64,000 bases of DNA from Azolla caroliniana (GCA_043228905.1 JBHGNT010000002.1:1612001-1676000); one strand, 5' to 3'. Counted from the stretch's first letter, positions 1 to 14,594 are shown. Made by a program: numbers and translations. Notes: generated by a model from the sequence alone, not told the origin.

Positions 1-3000
1 CGAATGTTGTGTCTAATACTAAGCCTCATTTTATAGCCAAACCTAAGGGATCCAAGAAAGTTCACACTTGGCCCTTATGGACTGTCTCACTCCCTAGGAT
101 TAAAAGTAATTCTCCCTTTATACTCCCAATTAACACTCATACTTTATCCTCGTGTGTAGAATACTACGGTACAAACTATCACAGGACAAATGATGGTCGT
201 GCCCATAACACTCATATATTGGGCTTGTCAATTTAGGCTACCTTCTTCTGCTACAACTTCCCTCATTTCGGAAACCTCTCCATTCTGTATCGACCTATGT
301 TAAAGATATTTCAAATACAATAAATATAATATATTTGACTTGAGAATCTTACATGTATGGATGATGAGATTCTTTAGTCACATCTTACATCCAATTTACT
401 TAGTTACGTTTATTTTGCTTTGCTGTGCTCAAAGATGAGACAACCTTTTAAGATGCAATCTCTTGTTTGGTCTGATAAGCCATTTTAGCCTCTTAAAGGA
501 CGTTAATATATCTTTCTTTCTTTCTTCTTGCTTGTGTCAAAGAAAGTTGTTTGTTAATCCTTAGAGCTTGACTTGAAGTTCCGTAATAGTTTTATATTCC
601 CCCATACAAGCAAATCTTAAGAATATCATCATATAACAGTAAGTATTGTGATTCTCAATAATTGAACTGTAACTCTCTACAATTCCCTCTTTGGATTCAT
701 CTTTACATATAATGTGCATCTACACCCTTATGCACAACACACACTTTATCATGAAGCTCTTCTTCTTTGTACAGCACCGGAACTCCATATTACTGATTCT
801 TGCCATGTGTTGTTGGGGATGGCATACTGACTCCCATCTATACCATTGTACATCAGGGAATCTACTTTCAGCACATGTGTATGGAGCATGTGTGACTACC
901 TGGGGTAGATGAGACTCCTTTGAGCACATCTAGTTGACTCCGTGGGGTATATGGGACTTCCAGGAGCATGTGGGACTCCCTAGAGCACATGGGACTCTCA
1001 GAAGCACGTGTAGTAAAAGCAAATCATGTGGGACCCGTCGTCAGGGGGAAGGGAGAGGGGAGGGAGAGCACATAAACTGTTCAGTATCTGTTCAAAGATA
1101 AGGAATGCAAAAGTCCTTGTATCCTCGAATTGAGAATGTTTGCATTTTTATGTGGAATATGTTTATGTAGGTATCTACCCATGCATGAAACCTATAAAAC
1201 AAAGTCATGCTCCACAACATATTTCCATCTTCCAAGGACATAATATAAATTCTGCAATATTAATGCAAGTTTGATTATGGACCTAATTCATTCCAGGTAT
1301 CAGGGTGATAGATTCTGAGTGTCTAGAGCATGTCAATTTTGCTTCAACCATAGGTCCCATCTCTTCTGCACAGAATAGATGAGAAAACATCTTTACATTT
1401 GACTCATAAAGGCTTGGCTTTGCATCAACAATGCATTACCATTCAAGAAGGCAGCCGTCTCCCACACATTTGAGGATTCAGTGCAGTTCCACCATATGTA
1501 TGTGCACCAAATTGCTGTATAGAAGTTAAACCCTTCAATTTACTTTGCTTACAGCTAAATGTTTCAAACTTCACTGCCACACACTCTTCCTCACAATCCT
1601 TTCCTTTTCCTCAAGGTGTCAATCCTAATCCCTCATTGTATGTTCTTCCAGCCATACTAAAGTGGTCCACATGTTCAAAGAAAACCATCTGCTCCAAAAT
1701 GTCCTACAAGAGCTCTGATGTTTCCAGAAGGCCCTTGAAAACTGGGTTGTATGGCGGTATTTTTGTTTATAGGTTGGCAGTGACAGCTTGCATTGATCCA
1801 TTTACATTCCTGGGCTAATAGAATTGGAAATATGAGGCAATTCCAGCCATAGCTGAAACACCAAATCACCTCCATAGTAACCAGGATGTGAAGAGGGCAG
1901 CAAAACTGTCAGATAAACAATTTGCTCGCAACTTCTTTGAATAAAATATTTCATCCATATCAAGAAGATTGAGTTGCACTTATTTGATTAATGGGGGTCC
2001 AAGCCTCTTGTTTTCATTTATTGGCCTCTTATGTTCGTGCCTTGCCAGATTCTTGATTCTACATTTCTTTTGAGAGATGGAGGGGGCATAAATGTGCACT
2101 CACAAATTTATAGGTTTAACATCAGCTCTTGAGTTGTCTCTTAAGATTTCGGCTCTTGAACCATCAATTCCAAAAGGCAGTAAAAATCTTAACCGAACTC
2201 CCAATTTTGCTTAATTTCACCAGTAATAAAGTTTCATATAAACCTGGAAAAATCTACTTGAGATTTTGTAGTAGTCAGTATAGCTTAATTTCACATCCAA
2301 AGAGTTAGATCACTCCCAAACCAAGACTCTGACACCTTGTTGACCCTAAAGACTGGCGCCAGCGCCACTTTCAGTAATTATAATACATGGAGTCAAAACC
2401 CTACAAACACAGCCAGGAATTTTTGCCAATTTCAGCATTAAAACCTTATATAGAGCTTCCAAAGAATTCTATGTTGAAGATGCAAGCAAAGAGCACGAAT
2501 CCACAGATTTTTTCTCTGTAACATGACACTCTTCTCCGTTTAATATTGAATTTTGATTTTTCATCAAAACAGATGATTGTTCAATAAAGTCTCATGTTTC
2601 CAAGTGTAATCTCTTCAACCAAATATCATAGCCCACTTCCTTACAACTTTGTTTAAATTATGAACTGACTTTTGTCAAGGCACAATGTCACAAATGGACA
2701 TACACACCTTCACTATCGTCAGAATCCAATGCTAAATGAAACAACCACATGTTGATCCCCAAGGCCTGATGGTTGTGGCTCCTCAGACTATTGGCCCTGG
2801 ACCATTTAATAATGGCCAATGCAATGTTGTTTAGCCCAAATTCAAGATTTCCAAAGAGCAAGTAAAAAGAAGAGAAAAGAATCTTAAATAATATCACAAA
2901 AAAGAGCAAAAAAACACCTCCTAATGACAAATAGTGTGACAATCCAAAGAATTTGTAAGGCAGTTTAGGCTACATGTGGCAAACATCTCGCATGGACTCA

Positions 3001-3304
3001 CCCAAAGTTGGAACTCTGCATGTACACATTAATGCTATCACGAAGAAGGTAAGCTGATTATACTTATTTGTAAGGCAGTTTAGGCTACATGCCCCACATT
3101 CATGATGTAAATAGATACATTTATATACACATATAACTACAAAAATAGATAATATATATAGAGTAGGACAGACTCCGTTGCAAGCATTGAGGCACAAACA
3201 AGCCAAAAATAATATTGGTTATTCTTGAATAACACTAGTTATTCAGTAATATTAACAAACACGTGCAGATGTGCATGTGTTTGTGTATCATTATTCAGAC
3301 AAGT

Positions 3305-3577
3305 GAACATATGCATACTTTCTTACAGCAAAACAATCACCCAGACCTATATACATGAGCATAGATATTCTGTTTAGATGTGTTCACGCAATATAATGGC
3401 AATTAATCCCCATAAAAGCATAGTCAGTACAAACTCTATATAAGAACATATGCATACTTTCTTACAGCAAAAAAATCACCCAGACCTATATACATGAGCA
3501 TAGATATTCTGTTTAGATGTGTTCACGCAATATAATGGCAATTAATCCCCATAAAAGCATAGTGAGTACAAACTCTA
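3305..3577. repeat. Two-copy ~139-bp tandem duplication in rhodanese intron 3
   Basis: gaacatatgcatactttc...aaactcta starts at 3305 and again at 3444, near-identical. Confidence 0.9.
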
Positions 3578-3587
3578 GGCAATTTAC

Positions 3588-5448
3588 CTGAACCCCCTTT
3601 ATTCATGTATGGAACATTGACAGCACCTTGTATGTGTCCTGTGGCAAATTCCTCCACAGTCCTATGTATCATAGAATAAAATGAAGCCTCCCAATCTTAT
3701 ATTTTCAGAGTAGATGACAGTTTATAGCATATATGTTCGAAAAGAAATAATCAATTAGCACCTAACATCAAGGTAACGGTGGCCTTTATTGAGCAGCTCT
3801 TGTGCAATTTCAACTGTAACAGCTTGGACTTCTGGAGATGTTGACGGGTTCTGACTCTGGGCTGATAGCATCCTGATAGTGAAGAGAAGATATACACTGA
3901 CATTCTTCTTCTTGGTAATTGAAAACTTGAAATATTACAACAATGTACTATGCAGTCAGTTCTAAATGACAATTTTGATTAAATGCTTACTTTACATATA
4001 CCTTCACAAGACCAGACCATTCAGTCATACAATATACAAAGTAGAAAAGAAAGTACCCGCCAAAAGATGAGAAATGGTAAGGAGAAAGGGAAGCAAAAAT
4101 TGGTGATTCCTTGTAAAGAATCCCAAATTAAAACATGCACAGACATAAAATCTACGAGTGAATTTTTCTCCTCCACAATGGCCAGCTGAAGTAGTGCACG
4201 CCCATCTATGTCACTGTAACAAATATCACCTCTGTGACAGACTTGTTGAAGGATCATAATTGACCTTGTTACAAAAATCACTTCAGTGAAGGACTTGTTG
4301 AAGTATCATAATTGGCATTGTCAGAAATATCACTTCAGCACAAGAGTGATTTAAGGTTCATAAAGAACAAAGAAACTGTATTCCTGTAGCAAATTGGGTG
4401 CAATGACCCCTGTTAAAGGCTAGAAAAAGGTAAAGAGAAAAACTAGCACCCATAAAAGATAGGGCAAAAGTCCAAAGATGCACCAAAAATTTATATCAGC
4501 TAGAACATTTGTGTGTATGCTAAAGTGAAAAATCTAACACTTCGATCTCAACCAACTTTCTCCTTAATCTCATCTTTGTAAAAGACACAGATTCCACAAC
4601 AAGGATAAAAATTCGTAACAAATGTAACCGTTTGATGAAGAAATACTTTATCTGCACCAAAAGAATTAGGATTTCGTATTGGAACCATCACAATTTCAGA
4701 ATAGGTGGTGAAGCATTTCCATAAGGATGATACAATTTCTAGATTACATACATTGAGAAAGATAGATCACATTGGTTGAAAAGTGTAAAAAAGAGACTCT
4801 TTCAAACAACCATGGATTGATTCAATTATTTGATGTGTTATGGTTTTATGTAAGAGTTCTCTAGTGATACAAGTCTACACAAATCACAAGCCACTTTTTA
4901 ATAGCCTATGAACTTTGAATGAGGTGAATGCTTTGGCTATTTCTGTTGAATGTTTAATGGATTTTGTTAGTGTAACTCAAGATCATTAGCAATCCTCATG
5001 GCCATGAACACTGCTCACTTTAGCATGATGACAAATGTACATTGCATATTCGTGATGAAAATCTTTTAGCACATATAAGCAAGAGGAATCCAGAACAATC
5101 GATTATACTTCATTTTGATGTTTGCATTCATAGTGCTGAGTGAATGCAACATCTGTGAAATTTACTTCCAGGAAACAGAAAAGAAGAAGTGAAGAGGCAT
5201 GTTTTACTTCAGAAGAGAAACGGGTACCTGGTGGTGGAGAATGCGAGGGGGTGAGTAATCCGTCCAAGCTTCCCATCTCGAGACGATCGAAGAAGGAAAC
5301 AAGTCCTAGTTGTAGTGGCAGCAGCAGGAGAAGGATCGCGAGAGCGTCTGAAGAGAGATGATGCAGTTGCAGAAGATGTGCATCGGTGAAGTTGAAGAGG
5401 AGGGGGCGACAAGCGTGGAAGCAGGCGACACACAGCAGCAGACTCCAT
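3588..5448 (-). CDS. Rhodanese/thiosulfate sulfurtransferase (STR15/STR16/SEN1-like) with plastid transit peptide; exons 1-3 only: 5448-5228, 3872-3762, 3661-3588
   Basis: Manual splicing at GT-AG sites with consistent phases gives MESAAVCRLLPRLSPPP...FSTTR/MLSAQSQNPSTSPEVQAVTVEIAQELLNKGHRYLDVR/TVEEFATGHIQGAVNVPYMNKGGS. YLDVRTxEEFxxGHxxGAxNVPY is the rhodanese signature. Downstream exons with the catalytic Cys were not found and may lie outside the window. Confidence 0.88.
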
Positions 5449-6110
5449 AGCTGAGTAACTACTAAGAATCTCCTCCTCCCAAAGTAAGTATGTAATAGTA
5501 TGAAGCATACGTACCATTCGTGTCTCCACATTCGCGAATATTCTTGACATTCGAGTATGCAAAAAATACCCTCGAAGTATGGTAAATACCATACTTTTGC
5601 ACTCATTATTTTTTTATAAGGTAATGTTTTGTTTTTAGGGTAAGAAAGTTAAGGTAAGTTAAGGTAAAAGGTGCAAAACAAAACAGAAGAATATTTTAAA
5701 TAACATACTCATTCGTTTTCAAACGTAGGAAAACGAATGTTTGGGCTAACGAATGCGAATATTATGTACTGATAGTAGATACATATATAAAATATAGTTT
5801 TAAGCTTCTCCAAAGGTCACATACATATATGTATGTATATATATGATATGTACATACATACTCACAAGTGTCAAGTCACATTATGTCTCTATATCTTCTT
5901 CTATGGGCCAAACTCAACAAGCTTTGGCATACTTCCAAGTTCCTCGCACTAATTTGGAGATCGGCGATGAAACGGGACCCACAACTACAGAGAAAGGAAA
6001 GCCAAATTTAGTCGTGTATATGTTTGAGGAGCTTGAAGTATAGAGCTAACAATCCTTAGTTGGTCATTCGTTGGAAAGAGAGAGTAAGAAGAAAGAGACA
6101 GAGCCTAGAT

Positions 6111-6177
6111 GGATGTGGCTTAGTTGGTAATATTACCCAATGGAGACCAGGTGGTCATGGGTTCAACCCCTACATTC
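6111..6177 (+). repeat. tRNA-derived (Pol III A/B box) unit, related to the one inside the chromovirus LTR
   Basis: TGGCTTAGTTGG (A box) and GGTTCAACCCC (B box); aligns to the reverse complement of 55618-55687. Confidence 0.6.
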
Positions 6178-6280
6178 CAATAGTGGCATCTAGTGAAATA
6201 AGAGATATCTATAGAGTAATAGAGAGGTGAGAAATTTGGCTACACCTCCTGAAGCAGAAAAGGTGGGGAATGTATGTAAG

Positions 6281-6790
6281 TCAAATACAAGGTGGTGGCA
6301 AATATATTGCGACGTGGTTGGCATTCCCATTTTCCATTTCACGCAAAGGTATTCGTATGGAGAATCGTGATTGGTGGGCTCCCATTAGGCTCAATCTTAA
6401 AGAGAAGTGGTTACGGTCAAGTATGTGCTTCTTTTGCACCATTCCATTGGAGGATAGTACACCTAGGTTCATTAAATGCCTTACAACACATATCATTTGG
6501 AAGTACTTATCAGAGATTTGGCAGCCAATGTTGTCTGAGGCCTCAATAATGGGTTTTTGTTCAATATGTTCAAAATGGTCCAAATGATGAGTTGGAGAGA
6601 TTGTTGCAATGTTTACGATATTGGGGATTGCAACACAATTGGAATATGTGTTGTGCTTTCATGTTTAATGGTAGACATGAGGTGAAAACCAATGTGAAGA
6701 AGTTGAAATGCATTATCATGAAGACTTTTTGGATGTTAGTGCACCATGGATCATTTTCTCAAGTGCATATTCAAGTTTTCTAATGGCTTT
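6281..6790 (-). pseudogene. Highly decayed LTR-retrotransposon integrase remnant
   Basis: SDN...SNGMVQKKH resembles the integrase SDNGGE...NGxAERKN motifs. Confidence 0.35.
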
Positions 6791-6870
6791 ATAGGATATT
6801 CCTCTCCCTACATAGGTAGGTAGAGATGACGAATAAGTTTTACATATAATTAATATAATTGTGTGCTTTT

Positions 6871-6873
<3 letters not shown>

Positions 6874-6910
<37 letters not shown>
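6874..6910. repeat. (GA)n microsatellite
   Basis: Direct observation. Confidence 0.95.
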
Positions 6911-6913
<3 letters not shown>

Positions 6914-7559
6914 TATTGGACAAGATCTCATGCCTACCATTGCAAATAGTCACTATCTCCCATGTTCAGATTCACATTAGTGTTGTGTTGTCTTTAGCAG
7001 TACGGACAAATTGTAGCCTACCCTAACTCCAACCAATAATGTCATAGCAAAAATATCTTGACAACACTCTCAAGGAGATCAATGAGCCATTAAGCAAAAT
7101 GGGAATAGTTAATTGAGGGTGGAGCCATTAAGCAAAAGGAGAAGAGTTCAATTGAGGGTGGTGACAAAGGCCATGTTGGCCACTCATTAATGAGTATCTC
7201 ATAGCACACAAGAAGCTCCAAAGGGAGTTTTATGGTTGCAAGGAGAGGAGGTCCACATATTTGACGACTTAAGCTCTGCATTGTGGAAGAATAAGATTTA
7301 TGGTTTGGAATCCACATTTCAACCCTAGAACTCTACTCCCCATCCAATTGGACCTATCGTGATCCTCGAGCTACAATCTCCAATCCTCTTTTCAATGTTA
7401 ATGTATGATTTGCTATTGGTGACGAGCAACCCATAATCTATGTTTATGTGTGATTCCGTGTTAGCTTGTGACCAACAATCCACGATCCATGCTTGATGCT
7501 TTCTGGATCCTCATTTGTGTCCAAAATAGTTAAGGGATAGAGTTGTCATTAATACATAC

Positions 7560-8660
7560 AAGATATTGTCCAATGCATGCATCTTTAGCAACATAATATA
7601 GTTATTTTCATCGCAGTTTCGTATGAGGTGATGCCACACCTTCAAGTGGTTCAACTCTACTCGAACGACTTAATTTTAAGCTAGAGAATTTGTGTTTTGA
7701 TGGTCACTCCCCTAGGCAACAAGGCCATAACATAGTGTTTTTTTGCACACTTCACTTCTTGTAACTTACTTTTGCTTCCATTTTCAACACTATCATGTAC
7801 TCTTGGAGTTTTGATAATCTAGACACTATTCCTCTTCCAAACTTCAAGGCATATCTCAATCTTGATATTCTAGTGTTTGCATGGTTAGTATTGCAACATG
7901 ATCCTACAAAACTTGATAGCCATTACTTCACTTGACCCAAAGCTCAAGGTTTGGTTCCAAGTACTACTAAAGCACTTCATGATACCTTTCACCACTTCCC
8001 AATGCTTATGGTTGGGATTGAACATCAACATGCTCACCACGTCCATTGTGTATGCTATGTCCAAGTTGGTACCCATAATGCCATATGTATAGCCCTCAAT
8101 ATCAAGTGATTAGGAAGCATTCGACACTTGTTCCTTAGTAGGATTGGACGCTAAGATATCCATAGATTACTTTCAAGGAAGTTGACATTGGCATACCCAA
8201 AGTTTTGGCATTGCTCATGTGGAAATTCTTCAATACCTTATTAATGTGCTTTCTTGAAGCAAGTGATCCATTGTTTCTCCCCATCTCAAGCAATATACAT
8301 GCCAATGATATGTTTACCCCTTCTAGATCCTTCATGAAGAATGGTTGGTTCTACTACTACTTCATACCCTATATGTCATCCAAGTTTAATAGGATTAGCT
8401 TGTCGTCTCTACATTGCTTCATATTCATGTAGGGATCCTCATTGATATGATGAAATTGATACTTCATGAATGAGTCAAACTTCTAGCACCACCATCAAAG
8501 AGGACATGTTAGTCCAAATAAACTCTTCTGCTAGTTCAATTTGACAAACCGAATGGGTTTCTCACCAAATATCTCATCCTTCAGATGTACACGAAGAAAT
8601 GAAGTCTTCACATTCATCTAATCAAACTCGATATCTTCCTTGGCCACGATTGTTAATAGC
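7560..8660 (-). pseudogene. Decayed Ty1/Copia RT-RNaseH remnant
   Basis: Fragments MKDLEG, KVLKNFHMSNAK and DIAYTMDVVSMLMFNPNHKHWEVVKGIMK match Copia RT (MKDLG...; DIAYAVGVVSRFMxNPxxxHWxAVKWILRY). Confidence 0.75.
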
Positions 8661-11630
8661 ATCCCTTTGAGCAATTATGTGATTGAGTCATCCTTTTTTT
8701 CTTCCTTCAAAGAATGTTCAATCAAGAATGAAAACTCAAGGGTAGTTTGGGGCAACTAAGAAAACATACGGGTATTTCCAAGTTTTTTCCCACATGGCTA
8801 TACATAGAGACGGTTCAACATCTTTTTGCATAAGAAAATGATAGCCTATCTAGAATTTATTTAGAAGACCCAAAGACAAGTGTGACACGTCTCTTCCTCA
8901 AACAACTTTTATTTTAGTGGGGATATAGAAAAATGTTGAGTTTTTGCAAATAAAGTATTTTCAGCTTTATTTTTTGTAGTCATGGTACAAAGTCATATTA
9001 CATGGCATGTTATACAACTAACACATAAAACAAGAGTTACTAATGCATCATATGACTCAATATACGCATCGGTTAGGAGTTGTGTACGTCTTGTATTTTA
9101 CTTATGCAAAGCACACATTGTGTTGTGTAAACAACTTGGAAATAATACGTGTTTCAAAACCTTGAGTGTGTTGAAATATCAATTCCCTAAACAACTTTGG
9201 GTAGCTCAACCTTTGAGGTAAATGTCAAGAAATCAAAGTGTGCAACACTCATAGTTGTGAATCGTGATAGACCTAAATGCTCACAATAAACAAAACAGAC
9301 AAATCCCAAGGTGATTACTCCCCAACTAACTTCTTGCCCCACAAAATAGATATTCCTTTCCTTTGCCAAATATATGTGAAATTGTTTATTCACCGTCTCC
9401 ATTACGATCATGATAATGTCTTGTCGTGGAACTTTAGAAACTTCCTTTTTCTTTTCCAGCTCACGTTGTCTTGCCTTTTTAATTAAAAGGACACGTTTCA
9501 ATGCAACGTGTAACTATATTTTTCAGATCTGGTGTTCCTGTAATGGGCCATTGCCTCAAAAGGCCTTTTAGCTTCCATTATATGCAACATTTGTAAGATA
9601 GCAACACTACTAATAGTTATTTTGTCAAAACAGACACCACACACACGTTCTCTCTCTCTCTCTCTCTCAATATTTTGTTAATTTTCATTTTTTCTACAAC
9701 AAGAGAACAAACTATGTTTATATATATTTGATTTTGGCCTAATAGGCTACGTTGGCCTCATAGTTGTTAAAAAACACGTATTTTACATTTCGGATATGTT
9801 TTAAAATCCTCTAGAGTATTTTACATGTATTCTACATTTTAGAACTATCATTTTAAAATATTTCACATACTCTATGTATCTGACTTATTCGAATATTTAG
9901 CAAGTATTTAACATTTCCAAACAGGACAAAAATTTAAAAACTAATTCTTATTTTCTTAAAACTTTTAGCATTTAAGAAGTATTTAACATATGTTACACAT
10001 ACGCTAAGTATTTTAAAAAAGGTAGAATACTCCACATACATATTCTATGCGTATAGTACAGTAAGCATTCTAGAACTATAATATGGTTAGCGTCTTTAAA
10101 AGCCTTTAATAGGCTTAAGTTTTCTCTCTCATCTTTATCTTCGTACTTAATATGATCACTACAAATGCTATGACATTGGGGCCACCCACCCCCACGACAT
10201 GTTTCAACATCCAATGATGTGATTGAGATTTTTTGAAAATTTTTAAAGCGTGGAAGCAGATTATTATAAAGTTGTGACCATCATCGCACCAAGACAAATC
10301 TTCATATTCTACATAATAAAAAGTTTTTTGCTGGAATTTGTCTATGCCTTCATCGACGCAAACCTAGCATGTACACTTCCTTTTGCGTGCTCTCCTTCTT
10401 GTATATGTTTATGCCCTCTCTCTCTCTCTCACGCTCAATAGATTCTTTCAGCACAAAGTTTGAATGGTATATTGTTGTGGATTATTCACACAAGTTCAAA
10501 CTCTACCAAGAATTTTAATGGTTTCTTACTAAGACTCGTAATGGCTATTTTTTCCTCATTCCAGACTTCTTTTGATTTTATAAATGTATACTTTGCATCA
10601 ATGGACATTGTGTCTAATGTGTTGTTGGTGTATGATGTATTCAATTGAGACATGTTATCCTACTGATTGCTATTGCTATGCAATGACATGGTAACAACTT
10701 GTCAAAGGTGGTTGCGGTGGTTAGCTCTTTTTTGAGATAAAGACTTACCAAATTTTGAAGATGCCAAAGGTGCTCCTCACAATTTCATTGAAATTTGAAG
10801 AAATTTGTTGTGTGGATCACCTAGTCCCTCCCCAATCGTGCATATATATTTCTCTTTGTAGAAAAAGAAGTGTATTAACATATCTAAAGACACGAAATTG
10901 GCCTATGAGATCAAAACAATATACTACGTAGAATAACCATTTGTTCGCTTGTTCGAGAAATGAAAAGATTATATGTATATCGTACAGTAATAGCTCGTCC
11001 ACTCATGTGAGAAACGAAAACATTATTACACAAATGAAAATGGGGTCAATTCACCATTTTGAAAAACATTGAGCGTAGTAATTAATATGGCTCAAAAGAA
11101 TGTATGATGAGAAAGAATGAGACAACTCGAGATTACAAGGAGACAAATTGTGTACAAGGGACATCGGGATGGAGTATTGTACAATTGCATAGAGGAACTT
11201 ATAATGTTAGGGCTCATCCAAGCCACATTCCAAGAGGTCGTGTCCGAGGAGGAACTGCTCGTAGATGGTGTAGAGCCACCTCCACCGTCGCTTGTTGAAG
11301 ATATCTTTTGCCTACAAATTCATCAAACACACATAACAAAAAGTTCAACCATTAGCACAATGCCATTGATGGATCCTATCACACACACCTCCATTCCATG
11401 GAACCATGATTCATGCCATGCATGTAACTAGCACAATACTAAAGGATATTTATTTTAAGAGTATTTATCAAGGTTTAGGCATTTTCACTTGCTTTTTGAT
11501 GCATAACTACATCCTTTGTAAATGATGCCTTTTTGCAACACCAATGTGTCATAACATGGGGAATTTTATGTACGAATATGTAACTATAAGTAGATGAGAT
11601 AAGACGAGATTGAGATTGGGATGGTAGCAC

Positions 11631-12733
11631 CTACGTGGAGGAGGTCGAGGTGTCGGCTGGGCAAAATGTGATGAGGTAGGAGGTGGCAGTAGCACATGTG
11701 AAAGTGGAGGTGGGGTCGTCATATGCGTAGCTATAGGCAGTGGGGCACGCGGTCTTAAAGATCTGGGAGTACGAAGAGGGCTTGCACATGTTGGGATTCG
11801 CGTAAGCCCCTGAGCAACAATACTCCGCGGTGCCGAATGCCAAGCACGCGCTTTTGCATGAAACAACCCCATTGTCTGAGTCGTCCAATACCTGGAGGCT
11901 AGACGGACACACCTTGTTGATGTCTGCGGCGCAACTCGCCACACCGCATTTGGTGCTCGTGTTGTTCGTGTTCACACTACCCATGGTAGTAGATGGGCCT
12001 ACTGCCATTGGCACGTTGTACCCGTCCACCAAGCTCACATCGTAAAAGTCTTGTCCCCCCGTGGTCGAATGAAGTGTGAACTCCACCAGCGTGGCCGGGG
12101 GCTCTGCACCCACTCCATTGCACCGGAGCTTCCCATCACAATCTCCTGTGACACATGACCCGATGCCGTCGCTATTGAAGGTGCAGCCGGTACGGCCCCA
12201 TAGCCGGCCCGACCACCCTGCAGGGGCGTTCACGGTCAACACTTGGCCAGGGTTGAGTGTGAAACCGCCGCTCTCCAAGAGCTGCGTGCCCACGCTCGAT
12301 AACACGCCAGGCCACACCGTATACCCGCAACTGTTAGAAATCACAAATGGTGTTGTACCCGATGTCACCACACCTATACATATACATTACATATGCTTCC
12401 ATCATGTAATGTATAAGACATGAAAGCTCAATACTTGCGCCGTCATCGGTTGGTCGGTTTTCATTGATTTTATTACGAATCCGAAAGCCGAATCATCCTA
12501 GTTTTATATTATTCCGATGCAAACACACTTAGGGGACACAACAATTGGGATCGGGTCGTGGAACACCCGACACATAAATTGGCAAATTGTGATCAATGGA
12601 CACTTTTCGAAGTGCAATAATACTTACGGAAACTATAATCAACCTGTAAGATGAGAGCAACCAGTGTGGCAAGCATGAGGGGCACACGATCAAAGCAAGA
12701 TCCGATCTGGAATGATGCACCTGATGCGCCCAT
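11631..12733 (-). CDS. Thaumatin-like protein (PR-5); exon 1 12733-12628 (signal peptide), exon 2 12373-11631
   Basis: NSCGYTVWPG, WSGRLWGRTGC, PPATLVEFTL, DFYDVSLVDGYNVP and FKTACPTAYSYAYDD with a Cys-rich pattern. A phase-1 GTAAGT donor at 12627 matches the AG acceptor at 12374-12375. Confidence 0.95.
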
Positions 12734-12938
12734 GCCAGCTGGTCTCGATCCGATCGGATGCTAGACTTCCTCGGAGAACTTACGATCTAGTCGGTAGTGG
12801 GCGACACTTGGTGGAGGTCGATGGAAATGGCAGATCTGATGAGTTCAAGGTCCCATATTAGTCAATACCACCATGCTAGCAGTACTACTAGAAGGGTAAA
12901 AGAAAAAGAAGAAGATTTAAAAGTCTAATGAATTTAGG

Positions 12939-13110
12939 AGTCTTTCTAACAAATTAGATACAATAGGCCCACTAATTTATGAATTCACTAGTCTTTCTAA
13001 CAAATTAGACACAATTGGGCCACTAATTTATGAACCCACTAGTCTTTCTAACAATTAGACACAATAGGGCCACTAACTTATGAATTCACTAGTCTTTCTA
13101 ACAAATTAGA
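12939..13110. repeat. ~51-bp tandem repeat (about 3.5 copies) upstream of the thaumatin gene
   Basis: Unit agtctttctaacaaattagacacaataggcccactaatttatgaattcact repeated. Confidence 0.9.
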
Positions 13111-13651
13111 AACTAATAATTACTAGACACAAACAATAGGATCAGACCATGGTACAAATATACACACCCATGGTAATTGCTCCCCAAACACAAGGGGCCA
13201 TATACATTTTATATACTTAAGGGAGTACGATGCAAAGTAAATAAACAAACTAACCTTGTTCAAATTATAATGTTGTTTGGGCTCATTATACAAACTCATT
13301 ATACAAGTCCTTGTTGTTGGAGACACACCTTAAGTATCCTAACACAGAGCGAGGCTCATAAACTCATGTGTATGTGTGCCTCTGCATAACCATGTATTTA
13401 TATTTATATGTATGCCCTTCAATTAAGCTTTTTAGTAGAGAATATACTTCCATCACATGATATAACTTTTAGGGTGGGTTCCAACGTATTTGATGCTCTT
13501 GGCCTACCATGACAATAATACATGCATGCATGTATCTCTCCCTATCTCTTTGAAAAGCATACAATTATATTAGTTGCATGTAATTAAAACCACCGTTACA
13601 ACCATTTAACCCTTGTGATTAAGGTAGAGGGACATTCTCTAAAGTCATCAA

Positions 13652-13876
13652 AGAACTTGAATATGCACTAAAAGCAATTATCCTTGCATGCTCCAATGCC
13701 CAAAAGTGTCACACTATGGAATATAGGAGTTGAACGCATGACCTTTTGGACTCTACATGACACCAAAAAACTTGAATATGCACTGAAGAAAATTATCCCC
13801 ACATGCACCAATGCCCAAAAGTGTCACAGTGTAGAATATACGTCCAATCGAAAGCATGACCTTTTGGTCTCTACAA
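13652..13876. repeat. Diverged ~116-bp tandem duplication with a degenerate B-box-like motif on the minus strand
   Basis: aacttgaatatgcact...atgcccaaaagtgtcaca...catgaccttttgg occurs twice. Confidence 0.7.
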
Positions 13877-14360
13877 CACACCCTCACTAATTGAGTTGTA
13901 TGTGCTCTATCTCTCTCACATAATTCTCTCTTAGTTATGATAAAATGATTATGTTAATTAGCAAAACCCTTGAACATCAAGTTTCACTGTAACCCAACTC
14001 CGCACATACTCCATGAGTCCCTTTTGGTCCCAATATATAAGGACATTTGATCGCTGAAGTTGGTAATAAAATGTACCTCCATTAATAACCAAACACAATT
14101 TCCAGTGTGAAGATGCTTCTTTTCATGGTACCCAACCAAGGCACAAAGGTTGGTGCTTAATTAAGGTAGGGTGACTTGCTTATTCCTTTAATACTATCGT
14201 ATGGGAATCTATAACTGACATAGAATCTATGTGGAAATGTGTCAATTTCAATCTTGTTCTGAAGCCGCATTCTTCATTTATTTTTCCAGAAAACATATCC
14301 TTCCATTAGTTTTAAAAAGCATATCAGCTACAAAATACAAAATAGATGGAAAGGAAGTGA

Positions 14361-14594
14361 CTATTTTTCCCCAACTTGTCTTGTGTAAGACATGCTTTCA
14401 ACATGTATGAGCATGCCTTCATGTAAAGCCCTGTGATCGGCACCCACCTTGAGGAATCTCAACCCATTGAACAATTTATATGCATCTGATAAACTTCCAC
14501 ATGTTGCATACATATAAACTAGAGTGCTTTCGTGTTCTTTCTTTTTAATTATGAAGAGCTTGGGAAACATGTCAATCAAAGTGCATGATCTCAA
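14361..14594 (-). pseudogene. PLS-class PPR gene fragment
   Basis: STLVYMYATCGSLSDAYKLFNGL and ALHEGMLIH resemble PPR S/P and L motifs. Confidence 0.6.

Noticed and set aside
691-2942. Possible downstream rhodanese exons
   Set aside because: No segment encoding the CxxGxRS active-site loop was found by eye
5103-5606. 167-aa ORF
   Set aside because: Alternative frame over rhodanese exon 1
6111-6177. Functional tRNA gene
   Set aside because: No proper anticodon arm and no T-run terminator; treated as a tRNA-derived repeat
11104-11431. Short plus-strand ORFs convergent with the thaumatin gene
   Set aside because: No family motif or splice structure could be supported
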